A DNA stretch of 58,058 nucleotides, counting the filler, from Basidiobolus ranarum (Eukaryota), in NCBI GenBank assembly GCA_040143965.1. It is 5 parts of 5 records of this genome, joined end to end, with 100 filler letters (N's around TTAATTAATTAA, not from the genome) between each part and the next. Parts side by side here need not be neighbours in the genome. Positions count along the whole stretch, not along the records: positions 34,959 to 46,465 come from JASJQH010007482.1; positions 46,566 to 58,058 come from JASJQH010007483.1; 3 more parts are not named here. One strand, written 5' to 3'. A model generated the notes under the pieces. It had not been told where the DNA came from, searched no databases, and saw only the letters and a list, made by a program, of their open reading frames with translations. Positions 38,481-50,630 of this stretch are shown one piece after another (within the stretch, counting starts at the first letter, position 1; every line of letters begins with the position of its first letter). A program made the translations under genes and the position numbers.

Positions 38481-41400
38481 TATTAGCGTGGAGTGATTAG
38501 AGCTGGAAGAAGTTAACTGGCTTTAAAGGTAACCTCTTGTATAAAAAAGAATTATGTAAAAATACAAGATACAGTAGAAACAAATACAAATTGGAGATAA
38601 ACGTGAAGCGTAACGACCAACTTTTAACAATAAAAAGTGTTGGTGATTGAATATAGAAGCTAGTACGAGGAGAAGATCATGTATGAGGTCAACCAAGAAC
38701 ACAAAACTATGAAAGGAAGCAAAGAAATCAAAGAGAAAGTATTAAAAAAGGTAAAGTAAGATCAAGGACATAAAACTATCTTCAAAGCTCTTAAGTAATG
38801 TATTGCACCGCTAACGAATAGCAACAGCGAAATAAGATTGAGATCAAATGTAACAGGGAGGGCAGGGTAAGAGTAGTAACAGAAAAGTACTGTATCGAAT
38901 CACCTAAAAAGGACTATGAGGTATTGAATCAAAGATTAAAGGAAGAGACAAAGGAGGTCAAGGGGAGAGGGGAAGATAAATATTAACAATGATCCAGGTG
39001 AAGCTTTTACTTAAACGATTGTCTTTATTTTTATATATGAAAATTATTGAAAAGGGTGGTTTGTAACACTCGAAATCTTAGATGGCTAAATCAATAGTAA
39101 TTGTAAATTAAACTAACAGGTGGGAAACCTTAGCTTAATGTGTACAGATTGTAGGCCTGGTATCGAGTAATTGTGTGTATGGCTCGATACATCCAACAAT
39201 ATCCAGCATTGCATTACAAACGATGCGGTATATGTATCGATGATACAACTGCGATAGGATAATCTACATTAACTTTACGGGGCTACTCTCCTTATCGTTA
39301 AGCGCATAGTATTATCACTCAATAGATGCATAAGGCACCTTATGGCATATTCTATATATTGCCTTCAACGCACAGAGCTCAGAAAACCTGAAGTGATCCT
39401 GGAAACCCATACTGTGTAGCCTGATATTGGCTCATTGGTTCCTTCAAATATGTATTGACCTGTTGTTCCATGTTCCTCAATGACAAGGAACAAGTAGTAG
39501 TTGTTTGGATCATTGTAAATCACTTTCTCCAGTACTTGAAAGCGATTCATCAGTGTGAAATAAGCCAAGAATATTCGTGACGCGAAAGCTCAAAAAATAA
39601 TGTTAAAGGGCACAATAACATTTCTTTGCAATGCCAGTTTGATAGCAAAGTTAGTTGATAGCATCAATGGCGTATACAGACGCATGAATGATCGGCAGAA
39701 ACTGCAAAATATCCCAGCTGATGAAAGGATTGTAGCTAAATGGAACGGTGATTGAACTGAATATACAGTGAAACATTGTCTCTGAGCAATTACTACCTCA
39801 TAAATTGTGTTGCTTAATGAGCACCAAATTTGAAACAACGCATTTGGCCATAGTAACCTAGCTTCGAATATTGTAACCAACCCTAAGCAAGAGGACTAGT
39901 CATTGCAAAATCTCGAACCGTGTTACATATTTGCAGTATGCAAATTTTGTGCACCGTTAATAATGGCTTTCGCATCTGACTAAAACTAGCGATAAAATCA
40001 TGAGGACTGGCCAATAATCGAGTTTTATGCAGAGTAATCAATCCATTTTATTTTGTATTACCGATAGTTGGAATTACCGAGACTAAGGACAGATAATTGG
40101 TATAGGAAGCCAAAATGTAATTTACTCTGGACTGTTTGAATTGCTGATTATGGCAGAAGAGCTCCATGACAGTGACAGTGAAATGCATTAAACCTAAAAA
40201 GAAGTCGAAGAAGCATGATGAAACCAGATTAGAAGTGGGTTCTCCTGAAATGACAAACTTGAGGCAGTTACGCGATGGAGCGTAGAGGGGCACAGCATGA
40301 TGGTCTAGAAATGGTCAGCCAGCCATCTAGCAAAATAAAGGAATCGTACAACTAAGACACTCATCAAGATAGTAGACATTTCATTAAGCGTCTTCAGATC
40401 GAAAGTCCACGCCAATAAAGTACTACTCACTCAATTCTATGTCTCTGACTCAATATGCTATATATGGGCAAATGGGAATCCAGCTCTTTGAGTATTCACT
40501 GATATAACGCTACCAAGTGGCTCCTGAACAAATCTCAAACATAAGATCTTGTCAGCTTTTGAACCAAGTGTTTCTCGCATAAACCTTAACAATATATAGA
40601 ATAGGTGCCTATTCAGTCGAGCATCAAGGCTTAATCTGATACAACACTTGCTTCTTGGATAGTCCCCAATTTCTTGCCCTTGGAATGTTTGTTCAAATTA
40701 AAAAATACCAAAAAAGGAGGAATGAGACCTTTTCCGGTTTGTAGCAGTTCATAAATGAGCTAATCCGGATCCACTTGATCGATTATTGGTTGGTAGATTT
40801 GTACAGGCTTATGCAAGAGGAATACCACATGAAAAATATTTTTAGAATGGCGAGTTAGATGCAAGTCGAGCAGTGTGATGAAAGAGTGTTATAACCTGTA
40901 AGTCAATCTAAACTGGAAGTTTGAAGTTGGCGGCATTGAATTTGTTTGAAAGCAATGTTTGAGAAGCTGGGGTTTGAGTATATGGATGAGTGAATATTTT
41001 AACAGAAAATTATCATATACTTCAGTTAACAATATCACTTGGCTGGATTCTTGTGCTTGTTCCATGCCTTCACACATCAGGGTTATGGTTAAGCAAACCT
41101 CATACGATAGTTGAACACATCGACCGCGCAAAGATTCTGTGAGAGCCAGTGTTCGTGGTGAATCTCCTCATGAGGTTTTGTAACCTCTTTCAATCAGATA
41201 CGTAGTGTCCAGACATACGTTACCAACATAGGTTAATTCTAAATGGTGACACTGATATATAGTTAAACTATTAGTAACCACAATTAGCATGATGCTTACG
41301 AATAGCATAACCATGCTTTTGAAATCACGTGACCGATTCAAATTACATTACTCATGGATAGATATGACTAGAAATGATGCATATCAGATCAGTTGCAACA

Positions 41401-42507
41401 AATCACTGTTTAATATGTGCTGACGCTCGCCGATTCCCCTAGTTAACACTTCTGAATAGTGCATGGTTTGTGAGGGATGAGCTTACATTTAGGATATCTT
41501 TGTCTGTGTTTGTAAACTGTACACCCTTGTCATCAATGCATGAGCATATTGACCGAAAACTGGCTCTTCGAATAGAATCATGACTCAAACTATGCATGCC
41601 TTCGAAGCCATATATTGTTTTTACCGTTATGAATCATATTTCTTAGTTCCTTGTTAGCAGGATAGAGATATTTTTGAGCATATCTCAGTTATGATGAGAA
41701 TTCTTTATTGAGCAAGTCACTTGATAATCAGATAGCATTAGAGTCAAAATCAAATTAGATCGGGGCGTTCTCATGGCCACAACAATCAGTCCAATGTCAT
41801 AATTGATTATCTGAACTGGTGTGTTGATCGGGGAATCCCTGTAGTGGTGGCTTCGATCATACTCAGCGTTTTGGATCCCAATGCATCCTACCAACGTTTT
41901 CCTCAGCTAATATGCACGGTGCGAGAGATCGTATGGACCAGAACATGTACATTAAAGCTCTAGCAGAGACTGACGATTCATATTTGCTACTTAGCAGTCT
42001 TCAGACCATAGCTGGCAAGATAAGATCAAGCTACATGTGGTTAGTGATGTTGATAGTAGTACTTAGATTCCTAATCTTGCAGCATTAAGTGTCCTTTGAA
42101 AGAAACTGAAGAAGATTGTGACTCCGGTTGAGAGGAAAACGCCAATAAAGTCTGACTCTGTTAGTTATTTTTGTGTTTGTTTAGAGCTGATGGGTTATTT
42201 AGGATTGTTATAACCAATCTCCAATGGCTTAAAAATAGATTGGTATTTGGCGTGATGGAACAGGCAGTGGGGGTGAAGGATTTATAAATTTCATAATAAT
42301 ACTTTGTAAGAATGATTCCATTGGCATATATTGAGTCCACGTGAGATAGCCTCTCAAGCCAATTTTAATCCAATCTGCTCAAAGCGGTCACAAAGCTTAG
42401 AAGAACGGTCTGCTTGGTCTATTCTGTATATCTCAGTTCTGGTTTTTCACTATTCCTTGGACAATTACAAAACACGAGTTTCAAAGCACTAAAATTCAAT
42501 ATAGCTC

Positions 42508-45500
42508 ATGTCTCGATCAGACAGAACAGAAGATATGCAATGCGACATACCTATGGAGTTTAATGAGGATGCAAATTCTTCAATGAACCCAAACTTTAGA
42601 GGACACAACCCACATTTTAATCCTATACGTGAAAGAGATAGTGCTCAAATTTCATCATCTCCTTCTAGCAATGGGAGTTATTCTTTGCCTAGACTTGTCC
42701 AATTGGATTCAGATGTGTTCCATGCATACCAACCAAGAGGTGCCCATCGTCTTAATTCTATAGATACTAACTATGAGACTACCTCCTCATATTCCGGTTT
42801 GACACGTACCTCTTTGACTAATATATCAAGTGGACTTCCCGTCAACCAGCGTCCCAGAGATGCCGAGCCTTCTCTCTCATGGTATGTTTCATATATCCTA
42901 CTAAACCTAAAGGTGTATTTAGCCCTTGTGGATTTTCATATCTAGTGGTTTGACTTTGAATTTTTCCTACTGACCAGCTTGATAATTTACTCACAATTAC
43001 TTTATGTTGGGTCAGCTTGAGCAATCGTGACCCTACTCTGTCCTATCAACGTCCTGATGCTAGATATTATCCTGGTGCAACATCACAATCATCTCAGCAA
43101 CATACTCCTTTTTCTCTAGTTCCCGGAGAGTTACACAATGGGATGAATAGCATAACGAACCATCGCCAAGTTAACCATGGCCCTTACCCTTCTTCCTCTA
43201 ACCCAAGAGCCACTGAATCATCCAATCAGATAAACAATGGAGCAAGATGGAGTAATGTTCATGAAAATTCGCCGAACTTTAATAGTGCAGCTCAAACATC
43301 CTCCTATTGGAATCGGCCTGGCACTTTTGCTCCGCGTCAAGCACCCTTGAACGAGATAAGGGTCACTTCTGACGATCAGCTGCGCCAGCAATCAATTCAT
43401 TCCACTATGAGAAATAGTAGCAGTCACGGTTCTAATTACTCTGTTGTAGGCCCGTCAGTAGATATTCATCACAGAGATCACACGAGAGAGGCTCAGGATG
43501 TACATACATCTGCTATATCAACGGGAGCAAGTCGGGAGCTAGTGAACAAGAGTAATGAAATGGGCTTTGAAACACTGGTTAAAAGGTACACACATCATAG
43601 TGTTGTGAGAAGATCTTGATTGTTAATCATTGCCACCAAAATTCATTATCTTTAAATCTCTAGATATTTTTGGCAAGTTATGTACGGATGCTCACTACAA
43701 AGGTGTACCAATCGCTATTGTGCTTCGAATCCAGGTTATTATCACCAAAGAAAATTCTAGTTCAGCTTACCTGTTCGATGGCTATTAACACTGTGCTGTT
43801 TTTAGCATTCAAGCAACGAGATCCAAATGAAGCTGCTGCCTTATCTTTGACTTTGGCTGAAGAAGGGAAAACCTATATGTGCCCTGATATTGCTAATCCT
43901 GGCAACGATCTTTCCATGCAAGAACTGCATTTCAACAATAATGTTTCGAGAAAGATAGGTAGAGATACATTTGATGAGTTTACTAGTACGGACACCCAGG
44001 TGAGGCTTCAGATGGGTGTATTGCGATCGATGGTCTCCGAGGGTCATTTTTCCAAAAACTACAAACTTCTGGATCAGGCCCTGTATTGTACCTTCGGTAA
44101 TGTAGACAATCTCAGTAGTAGCTTTTCACAAACAAATCCCGAGCTACGGAAAATCTGCCCTGTCGATTTAATTTCAGTGAAGCAAGCATACGAGATGGTC
44201 ATTCAACAATGTCCTAAGAGAACCAGGAATGCAATACTCTCTGGAACTATGCTATTATTTGAAAAGCTTCTTGCCAAAGTAGAGCTTATTGAAGAGCAAC
44301 ATCTAATCATATTCCTAATGGTATTGATGGTAAGTTGCAAAAAATCTTGATAGTGAAAACATTTCATTTGAGAACTAAACTGGCTTTGTATAGAACCCTT
44401 TATTGATGGATCCAGTCGAGCATCATGATATAATGCCCAAGCTCTGCGATGTTCTTTTATCCCTACCCTTACCATTTCACAAGCGCCTTTGTGACTACAT
44501 CTCTGCACCATTGCCGACCGATTCTTTTAGCTTTATGAATCTCAACAAGGATCCAAATGTTCCTCATCCGGTTACTTGCGAGTATTTTCAACATTATGTC
44601 AGTGTTTTCCAGCAGTTCATCACTATGCGATTACTTCTTCGCACAGATGAAAATATCACACCTAACAGAAACGAGGCTGTTATGAAGGCCACCAAATGTC
44701 TGGAGATATTCTGTATCCTTTGAATGATCATTGATTGGCTTTACTTGAAACTTTCAAAACCCTTAACCTGAAGATCTAGATGTTCTTAACGAAGAGAAGT
44801 GCTTTATTCCCTTTACTGAGTTTTATAATGATGCGATCAATGAGCAAATCGAGATTAAAGAGGATTTCCCTCGTTATAAAACCAAGGATGGGTAAGTGCA
44901 AACGCGAGAATTGTATCACGGACTCCGTATTTAATAACTCATCAAATCCATCCAGATTCTCATTTTGCAACCATCCATTCATACTTAATCCCGCTACAAA
45001 AAGCGACATACTCAAGGTAGAAAGTATGGTTCAGATGAGGCATGAGCTGCAGGTTAGTTTTATATTCTTAGTTTACCGTTAATTCCGAGATAGCCTAATA
45101 GTGTTTGGATAGAATGCATTTTTCAGGGCCTTGCTTATTGGAGTAAATAGCCCATATTTAGTGTTGGAGATCCGAAGGAGTGATATCATTCGTGATGCCC
45201 TTTTCCAGGTAATCACTTATGCCTGAAGGTTTCTCAAGAACATGTCATTTCTTAACTCCGTTTATATTAGCTTGAGGCCAAAAGTACCGAAGATCTTAAA
45301 AAGCAACTGAGGGTTCAGTTTGTTGGAGAGGAAGGCGTAGATGAGGGCGGGGTTCAAAAAGAATTCTTTCAGCTTGTTGTGAGTGAGATGTTCGATCGAA
45401 AATATGGTAAGCCATTGCTGATATTTAATACTAGTTCATTACATCACTGATTCTCCACCATAGGAATGTTCACCTTCAATGAGGAATCAAGATCATGTTG

Positions 45501-46465
45501 GTTTATTTCAAACCCTTTGGTGGATGAAGCTCAATTAGAAGAATACCGCCTAATTGGACGACTAATTGGCTTAGCAATCTACAACTCGGTTATACTAGAC
45601 GTGCGATTTTCACTCGGCCTTTATAAGAAGCTGATGGGCCAGAAAGTGAGCATAACTGATTTGAAGAGTTTCGACCCAGTTAGTGAGCTTTATTTGGTTA
45701 GTGGATTTGTGTTCAATAACTAATATCCTTTTAATAGATGCTGGTCCATGGTCTAGAGCAATTGCTGGAGTTCGAGGGTGATGTTGTTTCGGCTTTTGAA
45801 CGGACATTTCAAATAGAAAATGAATATCTAGATGGACGCTACACATATGATTTGAAACCTGGTGGCGAGGATATTAAATTGACGGAAGAAAACAAGAAAG
45901 GTGGAACCTCAATATTCGATTCTTTTGAAGGCTATTATTAACTTGCCTGTTCGTGATAGAATTCGTTGATCTTTATGTGGATTTTATCCTTAATAAGTCC
46001 ATCGAAAAGCAGTTCGACGCTTTTAAAGAGGGATTTGACAACGTATGCGCTGGTAGTGCGATACAGGTATGTTCTAACACTTTATTACTTTGTTGATGAT
46101 TAAAGGATTTTGTCACTTATTTTTGGCAATTGTTTCTATAGCTATTTAGACCTGAGGAGGTGGAGCAACTTATTTGTGGTAGTTCTGATCTTGATTTTGA
46201 GGCTTTAGAACGGGTGACTCAGTATGACGGAGGGTTTTCTAAAGATTCGTCAGTTATCAAGTGTGTGCCCAGAATTAAGAAATCACCTTGATAATTCTTT
46301 TTAACCTGTGTTTATTTTCTAGGAATTTTTGGGAGATCGTTCATAGATTTACAGAAGAACAAAAGAAGAAGCTGCTCTTTTTAGCTACTGGAACTGCTCG
46401 TGTTCCTATTGGTGGACTAAGTAAACTACAATTTGTCATCGCTAAAAATGGCGGTGACTCTAATC
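42508..46465 (+). CDS. HECT E3 ubiquitin ligase, UBE3A/E6AP-Hul4-like with AZUL zinc domain; 3' end truncated
   Basis: 14 exons visible. [25 protein letters not shown] (AZUL-like), [76 protein letters not shown]. The catalytic Cys lies beyond the contig end. Confidence 0.9.
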
Positions 46466-46565
46466 NNNNNNNNNNNNNNNNNNNNNNNNNNNNNNNNNNN
46501 NNNNNNNNNTTAATTAATTAANNNNNNNNNNNNNNNNNNNNNNNNNNNNNNNNNNNNNNNNNNNN
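46466..46565. other. Artificial contig linker
   Basis: N44-TTAATTAATTAA-N44. Confidence 0.97.
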
Positions 46566-46777
46566 TTGAGCAGCCATGATGTTTTACAATACGATATATT
46601 CTACCAAAGATCATATATTATACATATATCACTGCTTTATTTGTAAGCAATAGTTACTGAATATTCACCGTCATATCGTGAAGTGCTGCTAGCAAACAAG
46701 CTGTAATTTCAGCTAAAATTGCGCTGTAAAGCTCCATTTTTCAATCAAAGCGCTTTCGTAATATGGCCAGGAATGCT

Positions 46778-46849
46778 GGCTCAATGGTTTAGTGGTATAA
46801 TTCTCCCTTAGGGTGGGAGAGGTCCTGGGTTCAATTCCCAGTTGAGCCC
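46778..46849 (+). tRNA. tRNA-Pro(AGG)
   Basis: Acceptor GGCTCAA/TTGAGCC, anticodon arm CTCCC-TTAGGGT-GGGAG, T arm CTGGG-TTCAATT-CCCAG; T4 run just downstream. Confidence 0.93.
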
Positions 46850-46941
46850 CTCCTTTTGCTACTTGCGCTGGTCAGAGTCCATGTTAGTAATAAAATGAAA
46901 ACTTCTTGCAAGTAAAAATGAGATTGCCAAGATAAAAGAGA

Positions 46942-47015
46942 TGTCTTCGCTCGGATTCGAACCGAGGACCGTCTGTGTGTTAGACAGACGTGATAACCAA
47001 CTACACCACGAAGAC
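46942..47015 (-). tRNA. tRNA-Val(AAC)
   Basis: Acceptor GTCTTCG/CGAAGAC, anticodon arm TCTGT-CTAACAC-ACAGA, T arm CTCGG-TTCGAAT-CCGAG; T4 run downstream. Confidence 0.93.
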
Positions 47016-47225
47016 ATACTTGTAATAGTTGCAAAATGAACTATTAATTTAATGTAATATGGGAGAGAATATTCAACTACCATAATAGTTAAACCTTGAA
47101 TAAAGTAAACCTAAGGGACAAATATAGCAACCAAATTATGAAAGCTGATCAATGTCGCATACAAGGATTCAAAATAGAGCAGATCTATCTTGTTTGATCA
47201 GGTTGGATGGTTTATTTGTTTAACA

Positions 47226-49482
47226 CTATACAATCCGAATAGTTCGTGGTCTACCTGGAGTCTCTTCATATATTAAACATTGACCTACATTATACACAAT
47301 ACCATCATTTCTAACAAACAGCAATGGCAAGGCAATGGCTATCTTGGCTTTCTTTTCGGAAGCTGTGACAGCGGAAAACACTTCATCCAATCTTGGTAGA
47401 TGCGCTACAAATACAGTTTCATGTCCTTTCATGACCACTGACCCAACTGACGGCCAGATAATACGAACATCCAAGGGCCCATGATTTCCCAGCCATACTT
47501 CCAGAGGCTGGTCATGAGCTTGGAAGTGTCGCACAGTGAGTTCCAGTGTATTAGTATGAGGTTTATAAATAGGCGCGCTACTAAGAGAAGGGAACGGGGT
47601 AATTGGACGGGTAGCTGGACCTAGGGTTTCGAAATAAGTGTACTCGAATTTACCTAAATGATTTGTTAGAACTACGAGCACCAACAACCATGAAAAAGCT
47701 TTACTTACAAATGCCAACGATAGTCCAACACAAATTATCTTCCACCTCTTCATACACGGTAACATCCGAATTCCTGGAGCCAGACGGCTGAGTCACAACC
47801 TTGGCTCTTTTGTAGGTTAAGAAGGGATTCTCGTTAGAGTCCTGTGGGTCAGCGGGGCCAGATGCCGATAGGTACATGAGCACTCCAGATTCATCATCGT
47901 CAGACTTTTGCAGCGCCACTTTCTGCATCTGACTGACTGGACCTGATGCATCTGTAGCCACTCTTCCCTTTTCTACCTTTCTCACAAACAACGGGTCAGA
48001 TGTGAATCCAGTGGCAGGATCAGTCAAGATGATTTGTGATCCATAAGTGATCGGCGTGTTGATTGAAGAGGGGGTGGCTAAGCCATTACTTTGAGCAATG
48101 CCACCTTTTCGACGAAACTTAGGGTTCAGCTGAGTGATGGTGAATGCTGTCCAATCTGAGGTTTTTCCGCACAGCATTCCAGACGAAATGCCCATACATT
48201 TAGTCCGTGCTGTCTGTGAGTTGATGCGGTTGAATAGTGAAACGGTGGATCCAGAGAGAATGCATGCTAGGTTAGGGTTGATGTTAGTAAATGGAAGCAT
48301 GTTTAGTGTTGCTGGGTAACTTACATGAGACGTTACGAGTTTTCGAGGTTTTCTTGGAGGGTTTGGAGATAATAGATATCGGTACGGAATCAAACGTGGC
48401 GAATGGTATATTATTCTTATTAATTATCTGCGGATGGGTTAGTTCGGTGGCTATGTTAGGTCCAGTCAGAGACAACAACATACCTTTAATTTGAGAGTAA
48501 ACTGCTTTGCTTTTGCAGTCCCGCTGACATGTAGAAATTTAAAGCAGCCAACATTATTTTCATCGAATACGGATTTTTGCTCTATAGGTTCAGATCCAGT
48601 TTCACACATCACTGACATAGAGATTTGAGCTCTATCTTCAGAGATACTACTTTCTGCACCAGTGATGGTTGTCACTGGGGGTGGACACAGAAATCGTTTT
48701 TCACTTCCATATGATTTTTGGGCAACAGATGCATGAAAGCAAGTGATGGTAGTCATATTCTTTACAATATTTTGTTTCCTCTTCAAGATATTCTCTTCTC
48801 GTGAAATCAAACCCGAAGCAATTTTGGAGGTGATCAACCTTTTAATCGTATCACAACGCGTTTGTGATTGATCCACGAAATTTTCGAATGTTGGTGAGAA
48901 TTTCCGTTTGCGAATGTGAGTGGAATCCGTAGGTAGTGTTTTCGTGGTAGCCTCAACCAGAGGATTCGAGGTGGTTTCCAGTTTGAGAGGTTTCGTGAAT
49001 AGCTCATCCATCACAATAGAAGAACTAGAGGTAGGTGTCAATAAAGAAGCGATAGAGATCACCCCATTTGAAGTATGAATATTGTTTTGGTTTAGATTTC
49101 CAGAGTCGAGTAGATTCGAAATAGCCATAGTAGAAGAGCTAGAGTGTGAATCAGAGTTTCTCTTATTTGGTGTGTTTGTTTCGTTTGAAAAGGAAGGAAT
49201 ACTCGAACCAATATTATGGGAGTCTTTTTGACCATTCAACGAAGGAAGAAAAGGTGGAAGTTGACATTCTTCAATACGTGGTGTTAATAGATCCCTTAAA
49301 CTTACTCGTGGAAGTTCTCTGGTAAACGGGGATATACTATTAGTACTTTTAGAGTTGTGTGAAACTGTGAGTGAACGTTGTTCCGTATTTGCTTTGTGAA
49401 GTGTATCGTATGGATCAGTTGGACGACGAGAATCGCAAGGATTTCTGGATGGATAACCCGAAGGATATTGTGAACTATTCAT
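47226..49482 (-). CDS. CSL (CBF1/Su(H)/LAG-1) family transcription factor, 4 exons, long low-complexity N-terminus
   Basis: HASVAQKSYGSEKRFLCPPP (DNA-binding NTD), FKFLHVS, ISIISKPSKK, beta-trefoil SGSTVSLFNRINSQTARTK, GPVSQMQKVALQ, WTIVGI, C-terminal LPLLFVRNDGIVY. Confidence 0.92.
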
Positions 49483-50090
49483 AGTTGCTTCGCAAATATT
49501 ATTCGCGGTATGACGATAGGAATTGGAATAATAGAAACCCGGGTTGGAAATATTCGTACTTGATTGAGAAGTAAAGGTCTTAGCATGAACACTCGGTCTT
49601 TACACTAAAAGAAAACGAACAAAGCGATGAAGGGAGAGAAATATTAAACTTCTGGGAGGGTTGGCTTAGTGGTGAAAAATAGCCTTGTACAAGTCTAGGT
49701 AGAGTTATATTCAGTGGATGTAGTCACTTGGAGCTCAAGGTCAAGTGAATCAATCTCCATAACACCATCAATATTTTCATACTGAAGCGAGGTAAAAAAT
49801 CTAGTAGTTTTGGAATCGACCCTAGATGATTTAATGTGTTGAACAATTGAAACCTCAATATATTTAATTCTTTCATGTAAAAGCTTTCTGTGTTCCAAAT
49901 TGGATCACTCTTAGCCAATAAATGGTTTCGTAAAATGCTCGTTTCATTACTTCGTGGATGAATTTTTGGGGATCCAGATCTATCCTCAGCTATAGGTAAC
50001 TCTAGATCGTGGGTGTTGGAAATCAATCAGGTAATCACGGTAGCTGATTTGTCAAGTGTTGGGTACATGTTGAATGTAGCGTATGTGTAG

Positions 50091-50267
50091 TGTGGGAAAA
50101 ATCGACAATTCAAGGGTTGAGAGTGGCCATCCCCTTTTCAATGCCCCAACAATTAACTCTGATTTTAACCTTTCAAACATGTTCTGTGCTTGCACTTCAA
50201 ATTAAGCTTGTATATATTTATTAAAATGGAAAATGGCCCATTATCTCGTAACAACGAACCGTGGGAA
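50091..50267 (+). promoter_or_regulatory. Two CSL consensus sites upstream of the CSL gene (TGTGGGAA 50091-50098; CGTGGGAA 50260-50267)
   Basis: Exact matches to YGTGGGAA, 0.6-0.8 kb 5' of the CSL ATG; function inferred only. Confidence 0.35.
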
Positions 50268-50630
50268 TAAGCATCATGTACAGGTGCTTGAGCTGCTCTT
50301 TGCGTGTGCTTAGAGCGTTGGAAAGGAAAGAGTAATAATGTATGGATACAAAATGGTATGGTTGATCTTTAGTAAACAGAGGATCGAATGTGCAATTAAA
50401 TGTACTACAGTAATGCGGGATTAAACAAAGAATAAAGTCGTACTTGTTACAATGTAAGAGGATGTGACTTGTTGAATAATATGAGATAAGTGATGCTGAG
50501 GTTAGAGGTTAGATTGGTGATATTTACTATCCATGTTGCTGAACCAGATGTCCGCACTACAAAATATATCACCATGTAGAGAGCTAAGTGAAATTGACTG
50601 GATATTTTTCGATGAAATGTTTAGAATCAA

